A stretch of DNA of 64,000 nucleotides from IMG/VR virus record IMGVR_UViG_3300042898_004347, positions 32,001 to 96,000 of that record, one strand, 5' to 3'. Made by a program: the position numbers and the translations under genes. This stretch comes from a virus. Below are positions 29,057-36,512 of the stretch, in pieces (the stretch's first letter is position 1; every line of letters starts with the position of its first letter). A model generated the notes under the pieces. That model searched no databases. It saw only the letters and a program-made list of their open reading frames with translations, and was not told where the DNA came from.

Positions 29057-29232
29057 AGTCTACGGAACCAATTCGGCATATGCTTTTTTTCATAGATAAA
29101 ACAGACCATTGTCCAATTATCTCCAAACACATCGCACTTATAGATGGGCTCCTTTGGCTTTGATATCGGCACACTGGTACTGTAAGTATAGTTTACGGTA
29201 TTGTCTGCGCGAGTTTCAGTTTTGTTATTCAT
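29014..29232 (-). CDS. Hypothetical protein
   Basis: PNWFRRLCQRLFLGTKW motif. Confidence 0.6.
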   Translation of the reverse strand: MNNKTETRADNTVNYTYSTSVPISKPKEPIYKCDVFGDNWTMVCFIYEKKHMPNWFRRLCQRLFLGTKWTKL

Positions 29233-29356
29233 AAAATTTAATCATAAAAACCGTCATCCTTGAGATCTTTTTTCATCTTGTCCGAAATATAACCAACGCA
29301 TACTACGCATATCAGTGATACCAACAGTATGATCCCAAGAACTATCAGGACTATTT

Positions 29357-29596
29357 TCATTGCATGGTTTCTGTAAATATTGGCTTAAAACAATTAATCA
29401 CGCTATCTAACTCACTCCGCTGATCGTTGGTAAGAGCAATCTTATAGGAAAGTCCTCTCAATGAGGTGTAGGCAGAAAATGCAGCTGCAATTTGCAATGG
29501 CGAAATCTCCTGGATATTTTGCTTAATATCCGCTACTCGCTGTTCAGTCAGCCGAGTTTGTTTGTTGGAAAATGACCAGTCCTGAGATGAGCTCAT
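29357..29596 (-). CDS. Hypothetical protein
   Basis: 79 aa ORF in operon. Confidence 0.5.
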   Translation of the reverse strand: MSSSQDWSFSNKQTRLTEQRVADIKQNIQEISPLQIAAAFSAYTSLRGLSYKIALTNDQRSELDSVINCFKPIFTETMQ

Positions 29597-29600
29597 ATTT

Positions 29601-30095
29601 TTATTCGGTTACAAAAGTCACAATTTCTTGGATCATTTCTAAAGTAAGGTCCTGAGATTCATAGCCGTAATAGGGCTTAATGTTAAAATACTTCGGAACA
29701 GAATCTACTTCACGAAGGAATTCAATCTTGGAACGATTCTCGTGTCTCGGAAGATTGTCAATCAGATATGTCTGAGCATTCGGAAATTTTGACTTTCCAA
29801 TCACGCGATCTGCGATGTCCTTTCTATGGTAAATTTCGAATTCATCAAAGCCGAGTTCGAACACTTTATTCCAGCCTTCTGCATAATTCTGAACTGCAGC
29901 AGTAAGGATGTAACAGGGAGCAATCGCTCTCAGAGCCTTCAATAGTTCATGAACTCCTGGGCGGAGTACCGCCCGATAGGTATCGTTATGCTCAAGAGTA
30001 ATAACCTTAGAATTTTCGACAGGTTCATCGTTCCATGGATTACAGTGAATCAGTGTCTCGTCAAGATCGACAAAAATGTATTTGTTTTTTTCCAT
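29601..30095 (-). CDS. HAD phosphatase, FCP1/NIF-like
   Basis: FVDLDETLIH, LRPGVHELL, ILTAA..YA, LIDN. Confidence 0.85.
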   Translation of the reverse strand: MEKNKYIFVDLDETLIHCNPWNDEPVENSKVITLEHNDTYRAVLRPGVHELLKALRAIAPCYILTAAVQNYAEGWNKVFELGFDEFEIYHRKDIADRVIGKSKFPNAQTYLIDNLPRHENRSKIEFLREVDSVPKYFNIKPYYGYESQDLTLEMIQEIVTFVTE

Positions 30096-30131
30096 AAAAG
30101 AATACTACATTACTTATCAAAATTTGTAAAC

Positions 30132-30172
30132 AAAAAAGGCTCAATGAATTTATTTTTTTCATTGAGCCTTTT
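30132..30172 (-). terminator. Intrinsic terminator after tRNA-Ala
   Basis: AAAAGGCTCAATGAA / TTCATTGAGCCTTTT inverted repeat with T tract. Confidence 0.85.
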
Positions 30173-30175
30173 AAG

Positions 30176-30251
30176 TGGTGGACCAGACAGGGATCGAACC
30201 TGCGACCTTCTGCTTGCAAAGCAGCTTCTCTACCAACTGAGATACTAGCCC
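30176..30251 (-). tRNA. tRNA-Ala(TGC)
   Basis: Cloverleaf, loop TTTGCAA, encoded CCA. Confidence 0.93.
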
Positions 30252-30258
30252 GAATTAA

Positions 30259-30927
30259 TTAGAACTTGAGGGTAACAGCCGAACGGAGACCAACCGTGGT
30301 CTTGTCAAGATTACCGTCCTGGAGGACAACAAATCCAGCCGAGAGGACTTTCCATGAAGCATCAAGTGAACCGCCGTAGTAGGCATTGGTGTACTTGATT
30401 TCCTTGATGGTACGTGGGAGAGCATCATTTGCGTCGGTATAACCGGCAAATACTGCACCCGTGAGACCGCAGTTCTTACCAAACTTTACAGCCTGGGAGA
30501 ATTTAGCTTCAAGGTTTGAAAGGTCAGATTCAACATCGTAACGACCAGTAACGGACAATGGTCCTTTACCGACCGAAACGAATGGACGGAAGTGTCCATT
30601 TGAATCCTTACCTGGGCTATTCAACATCGAATACTCGGAGCCAACTTTTACGTTAGCAAGAGTCGAGAAGAATGTGTAACCACCAAGGAATTTGACCTGA
30701 TAGAAATCAACAGAATCAATACCGTTGAGATGGGTATCAGCTGATGCTCCAACATTAAAACTACCGATGGAATAGTCGACTGCAGTCACAGCGGATCCTT
30801 TTGCATCAGTAACTTTGCCAAAGTCAATTCCCTTTTCCTGGTAACCTACTGTAAGGGTTCCTGCCGCAAAAGCGGAAACGGAAGCAGTTAGAATTGCGAG
30901 TAACGTTAGTTTGATTAGTTTGTTCAT
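30259..30927 (-). CDS. Outer-membrane beta-barrel protein
   Basis: Sec signal peptide ending AFA, alternating amphipathic strands, C-terminal Phe (VTLKF). Confidence 0.72.
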   Translation of the reverse strand: MNKLIKLTLLAILTASVSAFAAGTLTVGYQEKGIDFGKVTDAKGSAVTAVDYSIGSFNVGASADTHLNGIDSVDFYQVKFLGGYTFFSTLANVKVGSEYSMLNSPGKDSNGHFRPFVSVGKGPLSVTGRYDVESDLSNLEAKFSQAVKFGKNCGLTGAVFAGYTDANDALPRTIKEIKYTNAYYGGSLDASWKVLSAGFVVLQDGNLDKTTVGLRSAVTLKF

Positions 30928-31013
30928 ACTTTACTATTTATCTTATTTTTCTCCACTTGAGTATTGCCCTGACCCTTTGGGCGGTGGAGTAATGCTCAGG
31001 TCAAACCGAAAAA

Positions 31014-31109
31014 TGAATCACGTGTAAGGCTCGAACTTACATCTTCAGTTTCGTTCAGGATGTACTTGTCCTGTAACACTGAAATCTTATCCTTTAGACG
31101 AACGTGATT
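31014..31109 (-). ncRNA. tRNA-like RNA with expanded anticodon arm
   Basis: Acceptor AATCACG/CGTGATT, D arm, T arm GTAAG-TTCGAGC-CTTAC; 30 nt in place of the 7-nt anticodon loop. Confidence 0.6.
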
Positions 31110-31337
31110 TTTACTACTTTGTGATCTTCTATAGCCTCGTATTACTGATCTATTTTTAGTTGCACCGCGTTTCGTCGAAGCGCGCGAGGTTCAGTTGACA
31201 AGAAGCTTTTGTGCTATCCATGGTTTCGCTAAATTTCCTAGGGGATTATCCCACTAGGAAAGTCAAAATTAAATGTAAAAGAACTGAATTAACTATCTCT
31301 ATCCTAACAAAGCTGCATCAAAAGTAAACAACAAAAA

Positions 31338-31574
31338 TCACTTTTTGTGCAATTCAATGAGTTTATCTAAAATGTAAAGAGCCAGTTGAAAACTTCCAGC
31401 ATCGATTGCTGCAATTAGTTCTTTTTTCAAATTGTGGACCTTTTCAGCGTTGGTCCACGCATCCATGCTATACGCAAGGGAATTCGGTGAGAGTGGAGAG
31501 TTATTTGCGTATGCCGTAGCAACCGTCTTCATGGACGGATTCATTGCCATTGGCTGTACAGGTGCTATCTCCAT
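31338..31574 (-). CDS. Hypothetical protein
   Basis: 78 aa; CATAAATA 5 nt upstream. Confidence 0.6.
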   Translation of the reverse strand: MEIAPVQPMAMNPSMKTVATAYANNSPLSPNSLAYSMDAWTNAEKVHNLKKELIAAIDAGSFQLALYILDKLIELHKK

Positions 31575-31606
31575 CTATCTATTTATGGTATCGTAACACT
31601 TAGAGG

Positions 31607-31683
31607 TGGTGCTCATTGTAGGACTCGAACCTACGACCTATTGAATGTAAATCAATTGCTCTAACCAACTGAGCTAAACGAGC
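31607..31683 (-). tRNA. tRNA-Val(TAC)
   Basis: Cloverleaf, loop TTTACAT, CCA. Confidence 0.9.
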
Positions 31684-31695
31684 ATAAATAACACT

Positions 31696-31875
31696 ATGAA
31701 ACTCAAATTTTGCGATTATACCTTTACCCTAATGTCGAATGGTGATATTGTCATGGATGACGCAATCACTGCAGATAAACTTGAAGTTAAATCTGGGGAT
31801 TTATTTGAAACTGTTATTACCCCGGATGGGGTCGTAGTATTTCAAAAGAAAAATGGTGGACCTGAGGGGAGTTGA
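31696..31875 (+). CDS. Small protein, possibly AbrB/MazE-like
   Basis: MKLKFCDYTFTLMSNGDIVMDDAITADKLEVKSGDLFETVITPDGVVVFQKK; CATAAATA at 31683-31690. Confidence 0.55.
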   Translation: MKLKFCDYTFTLMSNGDIVMDDAITADKLEVKSGDLFETVITPDGVVVFQKKNGGPEGS

Positions 31876-32222
31876 ACCCCTGTGTTCAGTACTTTTCCGA
31901 TAATTTTCTACAAGCTTAGTATTACTTAACAGTCCCCATGATACCGTAATACTGTATCATGATTGTTTTAGTGAGGATACGCATCTTGTACACCACTTCA
32001 AGATGGTCTCGCTTTTATGACGAGTGTAACACTTAGCGAGAATCCGTGTTATCTACTCGATCACAGTTTTTAGGCTGCGAGTGGCATTTCTTCGGCGAAA
32101 CCGAAGAAGTTGCTGAGGGCTTTATTAATGCCGTTTAACTTTTTACCAGTTTTTAAAAGGTGTCCGGAGAACCTTGCTTGCTTACTATAAGTCTATTACT
32201 GAGTCGAATCCAGTACAGGCCC
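31854..32222 (-). ncRNA. ssrA: tmRNA
   Basis: 5' GGGCCTGTACTGGATTCGAC, 3' GGGGTTCAACTCCCCTCAGGTCCACCA, internal tag frame GINKALSNFFGFAEEMPLAA*. Confidence 0.95.
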
Positions 32223-32317
32223 ATAAATTTAAAAGAACGAAATTCAATTGTTTAATCCGTCCACGTTCACCGCGTAGCCCAAATCCCTTTTTGAAAAAGG
32301 ATACAGTTAAACAAAAT

Positions 32318-32391
32318 TGGATGCTGGGGATGGAATTGAACCATCAGCTCCGCGTTATGAGCGCGACGAGTTACCGTTACTCTACCCGGCA
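32318..32391 (-). tRNA. tRNA-Met(CAT), initiator-like
   Basis: Loop CTCATAA, D arm AGAGTAACGGTAACTCG, T loop TTCAATT, CCA. Confidence 0.85.
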
Positions 32392-32399
32392 ATAAAATG

Positions 32400-32805
32400 A
32401 ATTTGGGAGGGTTAATGATTACCTCCATCTAACAATTGTGTTTTCAGTTATTCAGTCATATGGTGCCGTCGCACCTTAATAGTCCGCTTGTCATTGTATT
32501 TCAGGCTTACAAGACTATACCTCTGGTTGCTTAGGTTGGCCGACCCAAGTTTTCAGCGTAGTACCTTACTTACTTACACATTGTAGAACTGAGTGATGTT
32601 CTTCACACCACCCATGCGTTAGCCCCATTAGAAAGGCTTTCTTCCGCCACAAAAATTTCTCTCATGTTACGGCAACGTCAGCATACAGTCCCGACCAGTG
32701 CCTATTCCACTATTATCGAGATTTTACAACTGTTGCAGACCGTGGTGACAATAGGTTCGTGAAACCAGTTGCCGCATGAGAGTCCAAGGTGATCAAACCT
32801 TGGAA
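32400..32805 (-). ncRNA. Candidate large structured RNA(s)
   Basis: No ORF of 60 aa or more; follows an early promoter and boxA-like motif; several long-range helices such as CTCTCATG-CGGCAAC / GTTGCCG-CATGAGAG. Confidence 0.55.
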
Positions 32806-32879
32806 AGTATTTAAAAGAACGAAATTGACTATGGTACAATCATACACATGTCACATCAAAAGTAAACAACAAAATGTGA

Positions 32880-33503
32880 TTATGGCATATATGTTTTACA
32901 TTCATCTAATGATAAAATTATCTTTAAATTGGGCATAAGTTTTTTAATAACATCTAATTTTGTTTTTTGAACATTCGCCGCGTGCGGATTTTTAGGATCG
33001 AGATATATGTCATGATCCGGCAGATAAAAATCAGGAAAATAATTATGAGTTCTACCATCAATCATTACATATGAAATAGGAACTTTGGGACGAATCCAAT
33101 TGATTCCTATTTCATCCAACCGCATTGCTAGAATTTCTTCCCAGGATGAATCTAAAGTGACAATAGTTCCATCTTTCTTTGTATATTTTCTTATAGATCT
33201 AACTAAACGTCTATGTTTTGATGCTAGTGCTTTTTGACTCATTAATGCCTTACTTTCAGGGCTATGAGTTTTTCCTAAATTTGGACTTGAATAATCGACA
33301 TTATCATATTTCCCATCAGCATGAGCTTTTTTAATTCCAGCAATACGCTTTGCTTTAGCTTCAGGAGTGCACATTTGAGTGCAGTTGTTACTCATTTGAT
33401 ACGAAGATCGTTTTGGGTTTTCTTTACACCACCTACTATGATTTGCTTTATTAGCAGTTGATAGACCTTCAAAATCCTTTTTACAGTATTTACATTTAAA
33501 CAT
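32880..33503 (-). CDS. Free-standing homing-type endonuclease (Zn finger, NUMOD3-like, PD-(D/E)XK)
   Basis: CKYC..HSRWC, GKTHSPESKALMS, DSSWE, NYFPDFYLPDHDIYLDPKN; AT-rich. Confidence 0.8.
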   Translation of the reverse strand: MFKCKYCKKDFEGLSTANKANHSRWCKENPKRSSYQMSNNCTQMCTPEAKAKRIAGIKKAHADGKYDNVDYSSPNLGKTHSPESKALMSQKALASKHRRLVRSIRKYTKKDGTIVTLDSSWEEILAMRLDEIGINWIRPKVPISYVMIDGRTHNYFPDFYLPDHDIYLDPKNPHAANVQKTKLDVIKKLMPNLKIILSLDECKTYMP

Positions 33504-33516
33504 ATTTTATAGAATT

Positions 33517-33591
33517 TGGTGCGTCTACCAAGACTCGAACTTGGAACAGGAGCTTAGAAGACTCTTATGATAGCCGTTTCACCATAGACGC
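33517..33591 (-). tRNA. tRNA-Arg(TCT)
   Basis: Loop CTTCTAA, CCA. Confidence 0.9.
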
Positions 33592-33613
33592 TTATATGTT
33601 TATTTATAACAAT

Positions 33614-33648
33614 GAAGATTTCTGTCCTATCCGTTGAACGATCGAGGC
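33614..33648 (-). pseudogene. 5' half of a tRNA, probably Arg(TCT)
   Basis: GCCTCGATCGTTCAACGGATAGGACAGAAATCTTC, broken in the anticodon loop and followed by TATAAATA. Confidence 0.7.
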
Positions 33649-33652
33649 AGAA

Positions 33653-33727
33653 TGGAGCGGAAAAAGAGACTCGAACTCTCAACATCTTCGTTGGCAACGA
33701 AGTGCTCTACCATTGAGCTATTTCCGC
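33653..33727 (-). tRNA. tRNA-Gly(GCC)
   Basis: Loop TTGCCAA, TCCA end. Confidence 0.95.
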
Positions 33728-33748
33728 GTGGAGTATAAATACATTCCT

Positions 33749-34168
33749 ATGTACCAATATTCTTGCAAAATTAATAAAGTGATTGACGGCGATACTGTTG
33801 AGATCGACCTCGACCTCGGATTCAATATCGTTCTTGCTGGCCAACGAGTCAGAATGGTTGGAGTAGACACTCCTGAGTCCCGTACTGCTGATAAAGAAGA
33901 AAAGGCTCGAGGCCTCTTATCAAAGAAGAAACTTGCTGAAAAACTTCCAGCGGGTTCCTATCAAAAGATCAATACTCAGAAACCCGGAGCAAATGACGAT
34001 AAGTTTGGCCGTATTCTCGGTATCTTCATCCTGGAAGATGGAACAAATGTTAACGAGTGGCTCATCGAGAACAATTACGCGGTAAAATATCTTGGCGAGA
34101 ATAAAGAACTCGTCCAAGAAGCCCATGCAGCAAATAAGAAAATTCTTATTCGCCGTGGCGAACTTTAA
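33749..34168 (+). CDS. Thermonuclease (SNase-like)
   Basis: KVIDGDTVEIDLDLGF, RVRMVGVDTPESRT, DKFGRILG; TATAAATA at 33734-33741. Confidence 0.9.
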   Translation: MYQYSCKINKVIDGDTVEIDLDLGFNIVLAGQRVRMVGVDTPESRTADKEEKARGLLSKKKLAEKLPAGSYQKINTQKPGANDDKFGRILGIFILEDGTNVNEWLIENNYAVKYLGENKELVQEAHAANKKILIRRGEL

Positions 34169-34171
34169 GCC

Positions 34172-34420
34172 TTAGTAGCCCACAGATACCATGCGGCAAG
34201 ATGTCGCAGCGGTAATTGTAGAAAGGGGTGACTTTTCGAGATAGAGAACTTCACCCGGAGCAATCGTCACTGTGGTCGTGGCGGCGTCTGCAGTCGTAAC
34301 CGTAAGAAGTACCGCTGTGCCGTTGTTATTATAAACGCGTACGAGTGAGGCGGATCCGATAGTTGATGCTGTTGAAACTGCAGCGTCTGTTCCCTGAAGA
34401 TTGAGAATTGTTGAAATCAT
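34172..34420 (-). CDS. Small late, beta-rich protein
   Basis: TATAAATA at 34446-34453; ASLVRVYNN motif. Confidence 0.7.
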   Translation of the reverse strand: MISTILNLQGTDAAVSTASTIGSASLVRVYNNNGTAVLLTVTTADAATTTVTIAPGEVLYLEKSPLSTITAATSCRMVSVGY

Positions 34421-34457
34421 TGAATTTTAGGATTAAGGTGTAATCTATTTATATGAA

Positions 34458-34535
34458 TGGTACCCACGGTGGGAGTCGAACCCACAGTTGAACACATTTT
34501 AAGTGTGTTGTGTCTACCAATTCCACCACGAGGGC
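34458..34535 (-). tRNA. tRNA-Leu(TAA), short variable arm
   Basis: Loop CTTAAAA, D arm GGTGGAATTGGTAGACAC, CCA. Confidence 0.9.
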
Positions 34536-34545
34536 ATAACATAAA

Positions 34546-34620
34546 TGGTACCACTACGGGGAATCGAACCCCGATTACTTGGATGAAAACCAAGTGTCCT
34601 AACCGTTAGACGATAGCGGC
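34546..34620 (-). tRNA. tRNA-Glu(TTC)
   Basis: Loop TTTTCAT, CCA. Confidence 0.93.
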
Positions 34621-34625
34621 AAAAT

Positions 34626-34699
34626 TGGCTCCCCGACCAGGTTTCGAACCTAGACTAGATGAGTCAAAGTCATCTGTGCTACCATTACACAATCAGGGA
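34626..34699 (-). tRNA. tRNA-Gln(TTG)
   Basis: Loop CTTTGAC, CCA. Confidence 0.93.
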
Positions 34700-34702
34700 A
34701 AA

Positions 34703-34779
34703 TGGTGGACCCGGTGGGATTTTAACCCACGATCTAGGGATTATGAGTCCCTTGCTTTAGGACACTAAGCTACAAGTCC
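34703..34779 (-). tRNA. tRNA with CAT anticodon (Ile2 or Met)
   Basis: Loop CTCATAA; atypical T loop TTAAAAT; CCA. Confidence 0.85.
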
Positions 34780-34785
34780 TTAAAA

Positions 34786-34860
34786 TGGCTGGCAAAGTAG
34801 GACTCGAACCTACAACCCTCGCATTAACAGTGCGATGCTCTGCCATTGAGCTATATGCCA
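34786..34860 (-). tRNA. tRNA-Asn(GTT)
   Basis: Loop CTGTTAA, CCA. Confidence 0.93.
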
Positions 34861-34864
34861 AAAA

Positions 34865-35095
34865 TTATCCGTCGTTGCCAATGGCACTTACGGGACAGCC
34901 CTCGAGGGCTTCCATACACATGTCAATGCCTGCTTGTGTTGTGGGTTGAGTATGTACATATGAAAAGCCGCCATCTTCTTCACGAGTAAAGAAGTCTGGA
35001 GCAGTTTCACGGCAAAGGTCGCAGTCGATACACTGAGTGTCGACATAAAACTTCCCTGCTGCGTTCTGTGAATATCTATCCGTATTGTTTGCCAT
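34865..35095 (-). CDS. Monocluster ferredoxin
   Basis: GKFYVDTQCIDCDLCRETAP...CMEALEGCPVSAIG; start MANNTDRY. Confidence 0.92.
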   Translation of the reverse strand: MANNTDRYSQNAAGKFYVDTQCIDCDLCRETAPDFFTREEDGGFSYVHTQPTTQAGIDMCMEALEGCPVSAIGNDG

Positions 35096-35117
35096 AATGT
35101 ATTTACGATTTGATAAT

Positions 35118-35194
35118 TGGTCGGGGCGATAGGATTCGAACCTACGACCTTCTGGTCCCAAACCAGACGCTCTACCAAGCTGAGCTACACCCCG
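35118..35194 (-). tRNA. tRNA-Pro(TGG)
   Basis: Loop TTTGGGA, CCA. Confidence 0.95.
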
Positions 35195-35199
35195 AGAAA

Positions 35200-35319
35200 T
35201 TACTTCTTCAGTTTAGACTGAACGACTTCAACTGCAGCATCAACCTTTGCTTTGTTTTTGCGAGCAACAAGAAGACCAGCAACGAAACCGACAATGAGTG
35301 CGAGGAGTAATGAGAACAT
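35200..35319 (-). CDS. 39-aa single-TM late protein
   Basis: MFSLLLALIVGFVAGLLVARKNKAKVDAAVEVVQSKLKK; TATAAATA at 35353-35360. Confidence 0.7.
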   Translation of the reverse strand: MFSLLLALIVGFVAGLLVARKNKAKVDAAVEVVQSKLKK

Positions 35320-35367
35320 ATGTTTATTGAGTTGAGGTTAACCGTACATATCTATTTATATGTAAAA

Positions 35368-35445
35368 TGGCGGGATGGACGGGACTCGAACCCGCGACCT
35401 TCTGCGTGACAGGCAGACGCTCTAAACCAGCTGAGCTACCACCCC
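35368..35445 (-). tRNA. tRNA-Asp(GTC)
   Basis: Loop CTGTCAC, CCA. Confidence 0.95.
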
Positions 35446-35909
35446 TAAAGTTTCACACAGCCATTATTGCCATTGATGTAAATCAAGAGGACTACTGTGT
35501 ATGTTAAATTATTTGAATAGATGTAGCTTTGCTTTATATGACCACACTTCAGCGAGTTTCTTATTTACGCATAAGCTCCAACACGTTTAATGTTTCCCAA
35601 TAAACGTACTGTTATGAACTCAGAGGCTTTTCGTTACTTCCATGTTTTTCCGCTGACGGTTAGACCCCGTGCTCGTACCGAAGATGGAAACAATCTTCTA
35701 CATTCCGAGCTGCTATTCAAAATTGGATCCTTCTGCCATACAAGTCTTCCAGAACATTTCCAGAAGATGAATGCACTTGTATGCGTTACACTCTTAAACC
35801 CCCTAAAGGAACGCAACCTTTTAAATATGTGATTGCCCAGTTTCTTAGCAACATGGAGCTTTACCTTAGCGCCGGCGAATGTAACGGTCTGCATAAACAC
35901 AGAAGAAAT

Positions 35910-35984
35910 TGGCACGGATGGAGGGAATCGCACCCTCATAAGGCAGTTTTGGAGACTGCTGCACTACTAATGTACCACATCCGT
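35910..35984 (-). tRNA. tRNA-Trp(CCA), divergent D and T loops
   Basis: Loop CTCCAAA; D loop lacks GG; T loop TGCGATT. Confidence 0.8.
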
Positions 35985-36066
35985 AAAAATTAAAGCAGCG
36001 GTAACCTAATCCGCGGATGGACGAACCGATTCCAGGGTTCAAACATGACCCATACTTTAAAATAAA

Positions 36067-36144
36067 TGGGGCGATCAACGGGGCTTGAACCCGTAACCCC
36101 GAAAATCACAATCTCGTGCTCTGGCCAATTGAGCTATGATCGCC
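36067..36144 (-). tRNA. tRNA-His(GTG)
   Basis: Loop TTGTGAT; G-1:C73; CCA. Confidence 0.92.
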
Positions 36145-36149
36145 GTAAA

Positions 36150-36226
36150 TGGAGCGCCAGACAGGGATCGAACCTGCATGTGACTGTTTTGCAAACAGAA
36201 GTTTAGCCTTTCAACAACACTGGCGC
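36150..36226 (-). tRNA. tRNA-Cys(GCA), divergent
   Basis: Loop TTGCAAA, U73 discriminator, CCA. Confidence 0.78.
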
Positions 36227-36232
36227 TTAAAA

Positions 36233-36308
36233 TGGTAGTAGCGGTGGGAATTGAACCCACATAAAAGAGCTTATGAAACTCTTGCCTTGACCAATCGACC
36301 TCGCTACT
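36233..36308 (-). tRNA. tRNA-Met(CAT)
   Basis: Loop TTCATAA, CCA. Confidence 0.85.
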
Positions 36309-36431
36309 GTAAATTAATTATTCGGTCGGAACTTCAATCGAAGGTCTTATCGACCCGCGCGGCTCACTAAGCCGTCCTTCACGTCGTTAAGTGGTACGAC
36401 AACACGGACTTCTACCGTTAACCGAATAAAA

Positions 36432-36507
36432 TGGTGGGAGCTTCTGGTATCGATCCAGATTCTTGCCGTCTTCAGCGGCACGTGAGCACCTGCTTCACCA
36501 AACTCCC
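36432..36507 (-). tRNA. tRNA-Phe(GAA)
   Basis: Loop CTGAAGA, CCA. Confidence 0.85.
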
Positions 36508-36512
36508 TAAAG

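Noticed and set aside
32400-32805. RNase P RNA or group I intron
   Set aside because: Could not find the GAGGAAAGTCC/P4 signature or a convincing P7 core, and no interrupted gene flanks it
34458-34535. TAA and TGA (37735-37824) anticodons as suppressor or Sec tRNAs implying recoding
   Set aside because: Anticodons TAA and TGA read Leu TTA and Ser TCA; core genes translate intact in the standard code
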